This document shows positions 52,601 to 58,600 of a stretch of 64,000 nucleotides of DNA, piece after piece (the first letter of the stretch is position 1; each line of letters starts with the position of its first letter). The notes below the pieces were generated by a model. It was not told the origin of the DNA, did no database searches, and was given only the letters and a program-made list of their open reading frames with translations. Source of the DNA: a virus; IMG/VR virus record IMGVR_UViG_3300042893_001701, positions 5,982 through 69,981 of that record, one strand, 5' to 3'. The position numbers were made by a program, and so were the translations under genes.

Positions 52601-55600
52601 TGCTAATTGCTTTTTAACTTTCTCGGCATCAGGTGCTTCGTAACTAAACATTTTTGATGTATCATTACCTTTATAAATTAAATGCTCGTTGTTATAGGTA
52701 TATCTTACAGCGTTGTCTTTAATTATATTAGAAGCTTTTAATCGGGCTCTTATTTCTTTTAAAAGAATAGTTTCCTGTGCTGTAATACTATTATCTTTTT
52801 CTTTAATTCTTAATAAACTTTCGTTATGAGTTAATAAATTAAGATAATCAACATTATTATAACCATCTAATTCGTTAGTAATGTTTCTATCCATGAATTG
52901 TTTAATAGACACTAAGTAAGATTTAATAATATAACCATATATTAAATGATCAGCAATACGTTCAGCGCTTGTATAACCATCTTTTTTATTTTTTTCTTGC
53001 TCATATATTTTTGTAGCAACAGCATAAATAGACTCTTTTACTTTTTCTGGTACAACAAAAAGTTCTTTTAATTTCTTGTAAAGAGTTTCACTATTGATGT
53101 TACGATTATTAAAATCTCTGAATAGTGTTCTAATACTTGTAAAATTTAAATAGTTAATACTATTGTTTTTATACTTTTTATGTAATACATAATGTCTTCT
53201 TTTAGCAGCATTTACTAAATCATGTAGTGTTTTTAAATAATACTGCTGTGCGTTTAATACACTTAAACCCTGTAAGCCGGCGTAAATATTATTTTTTACA
53301 CCATCAAATAGTTTAACTGGGTCGTATTCTTTTTTATAAGGATCTTTAAATGCAGTATCTAAAACACTGTAAAATACCTGATTTACTTCATTGTATAGTA
53401 CATTAAATGTTTTTATATTAGAAGAAGATACTTCATCACTTAAAGATGTTTGTATATGCTTTTCAATAATAGGTACAATTTTTTGATAAGCCGTGTTGTT
53501 TGTTCTTTCAATGTATTTAACAATACCGTAAATAGAATTTTTAAGTTTTAATAATTCTGAAATGCTATCAGGAGTTAAGATATTAAAGTAATTTAATTTA
53601 TTTAATAAAGGACTTCTTCCATATTCATTTTGTAGATACTGTAAAGCATTAACAATCTTATTAAATAAACCTCTACTTTTTAAACGTTGTACTAATTGTG
53701 CGTTTAAATCTGTTTCAATATTATTTAAATTATAGTCTGCATTAATAAACTTACTGTTAAAAAAGTTAACACCAATTGTATGAATATCATAATCTTCTTC
53801 TCCGATTAAATTATAAAAGTCAAAAAATATAGTATTTAACTTTGCACTTTCTACAAGTTTTTGAAATGGTTGTGTATTAAATAAGTTAACACCGTTACCA
53901 TAAGCTTTTAAAATAGGTACAAATCCTTGTAGATTTTTTTTACTATAACGTAAAGCATAAAATTCACTTAACTTTTTAAGTACTTCAAAGGCAGAGGTTT
54001 TATTGCTTGTGTCTAAACTTTCTTTAAATACTAAATTAATATCGTCTAACCAGTAATCTACAATAACTTTGTTACCTTGTACGTTAATGATATCGGGTAT
54101 AGGTACAATGTTATCGTCATCTATTTTATGTATATCAATAGTAGGTACATCAGATTGTTTAAGCTTTCCTAACTCTTGTATTTCAGCGTATTTACTTTCA
54201 GATAATACGTAAACTTCAATAACATCTCTTTCTCCAGTTTCATAATTGTTATTCATTACTCGTTTTAAAACGGTTGAAATAGATTTAGTATTATCAAAAC
54301 TCCAGTTTTTATCAGGAACAACTACAACCGCACTGCCATCATCTGTTACAATACGTACGTCAACATTTTTTACTTGTTCATTTTTTGCAACACGATCTTG
54401 CATTAAGGATAATAAGTTAGAATCATTATTTTTTAAAGCTTTAATTAATAAAACGTTAAGCGTAGGAATACCTTTACCATCATTTCTATCTTTGTAATCA
54501 GGTATATCTTTAGTACGGTAAAGTTTAGGTTCTCCTGCTTTGTTATATGCTAAAGCAAAATCATCACCATCTGTATTTACTACGTTATTAAAATAACGTT
54601 CAGCTACTTCTGGATCTTTAATCATATCTTCTAAAATAACATCAAACTTATTAAAAGGATCTACTGTAATTTTACTATTAATTTCTTTATAAAATTTAAT
54701 TAAATCATTATAGTTTTGTTTTCGTATCTTATACATATTAACAGTACGTTTATATATAACAGATCCTTTATCAATACCTTCTCTACTTTGGTATTCTTTT
54801 AGGTCTTCATTTAATTCTTTAACAAACTTTTCGAGTCTAACAATATTAGTATTTTGTGCTTTACCTTTAACAGCTTTAGAATCTTTAAAAAATATATCTT
54901 TAATAATAGTTTTAATAGCTTCGGGTTTAATAAATACTTGTTGACGTATACCATCATCTGGACGTTTAATACTGTATCCTTTAAATTCATCAGCATTTAA
55001 CTGTGTTAACTGAAGTAAAGTTAATAGCAGTAAAGTGTTTTTATTTCTAAGACTACCATTTTTATTGGTAAGACTTATTGCAAACATTTCTTTTTTATTA
55101 TCATCTTTATCGTAGGCATAAAATACAAATTTAGGATTTACAGGTTTACCACTTGTTAGATCATCGTTGTATTTAACAAGTGCATTATCAATATATAAAC
55201 TGTAACTGCGATAGCGGTTATCATAATACATATTAAAATCTATTTGATTTGTATTTAAATCTTGTTCAAAAATATTATTTACTAAACGTAAACGTTGTCT
55301 TAGTTCGGTTACACCAGGATCTGTAAATAACTTATAAATTTCTTCTGTAGCTCCTTCTTGTTTCATAAATACTTCTTTACTGATGCTAAAAGCATTATTA
55401 GTTAACAGGCTGCCATACTCTTCAATCAACATATCGTAGCTTGCTAACGCAGCTGCGATAAGATCTTTAACTTGATTAGATGTTTTAGATGCAGCTGTTC
55501 TTAACCCAACAGTTTCTACAAAACGGTTAAAGTCAGTTCTTGAAAGACCGTGAATAAATATCATGTCAAACACAGAGTATTGTACAACTTTATTGTTAAC

Positions 55601-58600
55601 CTTAAAATTAAAGTATATTTCATTATCTTTTAATTCTAAAGATTCAAAACCATCGAAACTTTTTAAAATAATTTTTGTAGCATAATCTTCTGTATAGTAG
55701 TCTTTAACTACGTGCAAAATTTTAAAAAATATATGACTATATTCATTTGGATTTTTATCTGCTTTAGCAGTAGCTAAGTCTTTAAAGAGTTCTTGAATTT
55801 CTTTTGATTTAAGAATAGCTTGTATTCTAATTGAAGGACTGGCTTCAGCGGTATATTTGTCAATACTTGTTTTTAAACTAAGCTCAAGATCTCTTAAATC
55901 CACAATAGCATCAGTTAAAGTACTAAACATTATAATACTTTTTTTATTGCGATTTAATATACCGTGTAATTGAGAGTTTGTTTTAGAAATTAAATTTTTA
56001 AGAACATCATCTTTGTTTTGATCTGTAGCTGCGTCTAGCAACCAGTTTTTAATATCAGCAGTAGAAGCGCCTTTGCCTAAGTAAGAACCAACTTGTTTAA
56101 ATAAAAGCGTTTTAAATAATTTTGTATACTGTACTTGTTTTTTAAATTTATCTTCCATTTTAATCTGAACATCAACATTACCGTCTTTTAAATATGCAGC
56201 AGTAATACGTTTAGCTATGTCTTCAACATTTCCACTTGTATCTATGTCTTTAAATTTAATAATTTCAGGATACTTTATAAATAACCACGCTAGCTTATAA
56301 CTAAAAGCACCAACAGCTTCTTCGTACTCTACAGTGCTACGATTGTTTTCTTTTAAATATTCATAAATGTTTACATCTTTTTTGCCACGAAGAAACAAAG
56401 ACATATTTAAACGTATTTGTAAATAATCAGGCAAAATAATATAATTTCTATTATTCACTAAACCTTCAACTAATTTTGATCTAGCAAAACGACCGGTTCC
56501 TTTACCTTTAGTAGCAGGCAAACTTACAATGTCTAAAGATAACTGAGTCCTAACTTCAGTAGGACCGTATTTATCTTGCATAATTTTTTCTAATATTTTA
56601 TTTCTTTTTTCTTCTGGACTTAAACGTGCGTCATCTTTAGCAGCTTCATCTGTTACAGACTTAACTTCTTTTTCTTCTAACTCATGTATAATACGTTCAT
56701 CTTCTGCTTTGTTAAATCTTTGTATTACTTTGTCTTTTAACCTAGATTCTTCTTCAGTTAAAACAGCGTTCACATTCATTTTAAATCTAACAATAGAAGC
56801 TTCTCTTAAACTTTTTAAATCTAACGGATTTAATAAGGTTCTAGTAAAGTCAGATTCTAAAAAATTATTAACAATATTATTAGCAATTCTTTCATTTTTT
56901 ACTGCTTTTTGTATATCATAGTCTTCAATGTTATCGGGAAGTATTTCACTAATCGTTGATCGTTTAAATAAAGTTAACTTATTTTTATCGTGTTGTAAGT
57001 AGTTGTATAAAAATGATTTAACATACCGGTAGATAGGTGTGTATTTTAAAGAAGTTTCAAATCTTCCTTGAAGTTCTTCTAAGGTAGCTTGGGTAAACTC
57101 ATCTATTTTACCTGTAGTTTTTGCAACTTGATCGTCTAAATTTTTAATAATTTCTGCAGCTTTAACAAATGCTTGTATAATTGGATTTTTATTTTCCTTT
57201 GGATCAGCACCATCTTTATATAACTTCATCTGTTCTTGCATTACATAACGGTATAAAAGATCACTAGATATTTGACTAGAAGCATAAAATGTTGTAGAAC
57301 CTACTTTAGTTCTAGCTATAGTTTCCATTGTTACAATAGCTTTACGTAACGTCTTATCTTCTAATAGTTTGTCTTTATCTTCCTGTTTAAGATTAGATTC
57401 ATTAATATACGCAACGATTGTTTTAACTTTATTTTGTGGTGTAAGATCTTTAAACGTTTTTAAATCTAAATTAAAATGTTTGTGATTATAATTTAATAAA
57501 TCTTCAAATACATTTTTACCTAATAAAGTATTTAATAACTTGTTAATTTGTAACTCAAAATTATCTTTTAAAACTACACCTACTTCTTTAATTTCATTAC
57601 CTGTTTCATACACTTTAATAAAGTATGCCTGAGTAATTTTTTCATTTACGTTTTCTTTTGTTTCATTTCCGTCTTTATCTTTAACTGTAATTTGAAATTG
57701 AATCCCATTTAATAAATTAACACGTTGTAATTCATTTAAAGTTTTAACTGTTAATTCAAATTTAACAGGATCAAAACCTTTAATAAGACTAACAGGATCT
57801 TTTTTACCGTTTCTAATTAACTTTTGCAAATCAGCAAGTTCTTTTTTATTAACATCAATCTTTTTATTTACTTCATCTTCAGATGTTTTTAATGCAGCTA
57901 TTCTTGTTTGAGTGTCATTAACACGTTTGATTAAAGCTTGATAGTCAACATCTGTTTTTAAAAAATCTGCTTTATATTGTTTTTCAAACTCTTGTTTCTT
58001 TAAAAGTAAACCATTCTTTTTATTATTTAAAATATCTTCTTCATCTTCTAAATCTTTTTTAACTTTGGTTAATCTAGCATCAAGTCTATTAAATTCATTT
58101 TTAAGATTGTCTGTAGCTTTTTGAGGGACTAATGTATTAAAGTATGCTTTGAATGCAAACAAACTTTGAAGTACGTTTAAAGTATAATCATCTGCTCTAA
58201 TAGAAGCTAAGTTTAAAACATTAAGAACTGCTTGGTAATGCTCTACATATTTTTGATATATTTCAACATTATTAATAGCCATTTCATAATCAACAAATGC
58301 AGCACTTAAAGCAGTTCTTTCTTGTGATTCATCTTTTGTAGGATTAGGTAATGCTCTTAAATCTTGTAATCTTTTATACTTTTCACTGTAGTTACTATTA
58401 TCAATAGTTATCGTACTATTGTTTATTTTATAATCAATAGTTCTAAATGCATACTTACTTCTATTGTCTTCCAATGCTTGTAATTGTTTTTTAACTTGGT
58501 CAGTAAGCCTGGTAAAATATTCTTGTTGTGCGTCAAAATTGTTTTTAATATTTTGAAGTTCTTTATCGTTTTTAAGATTTTCTTTAATGTCTTCTATTAA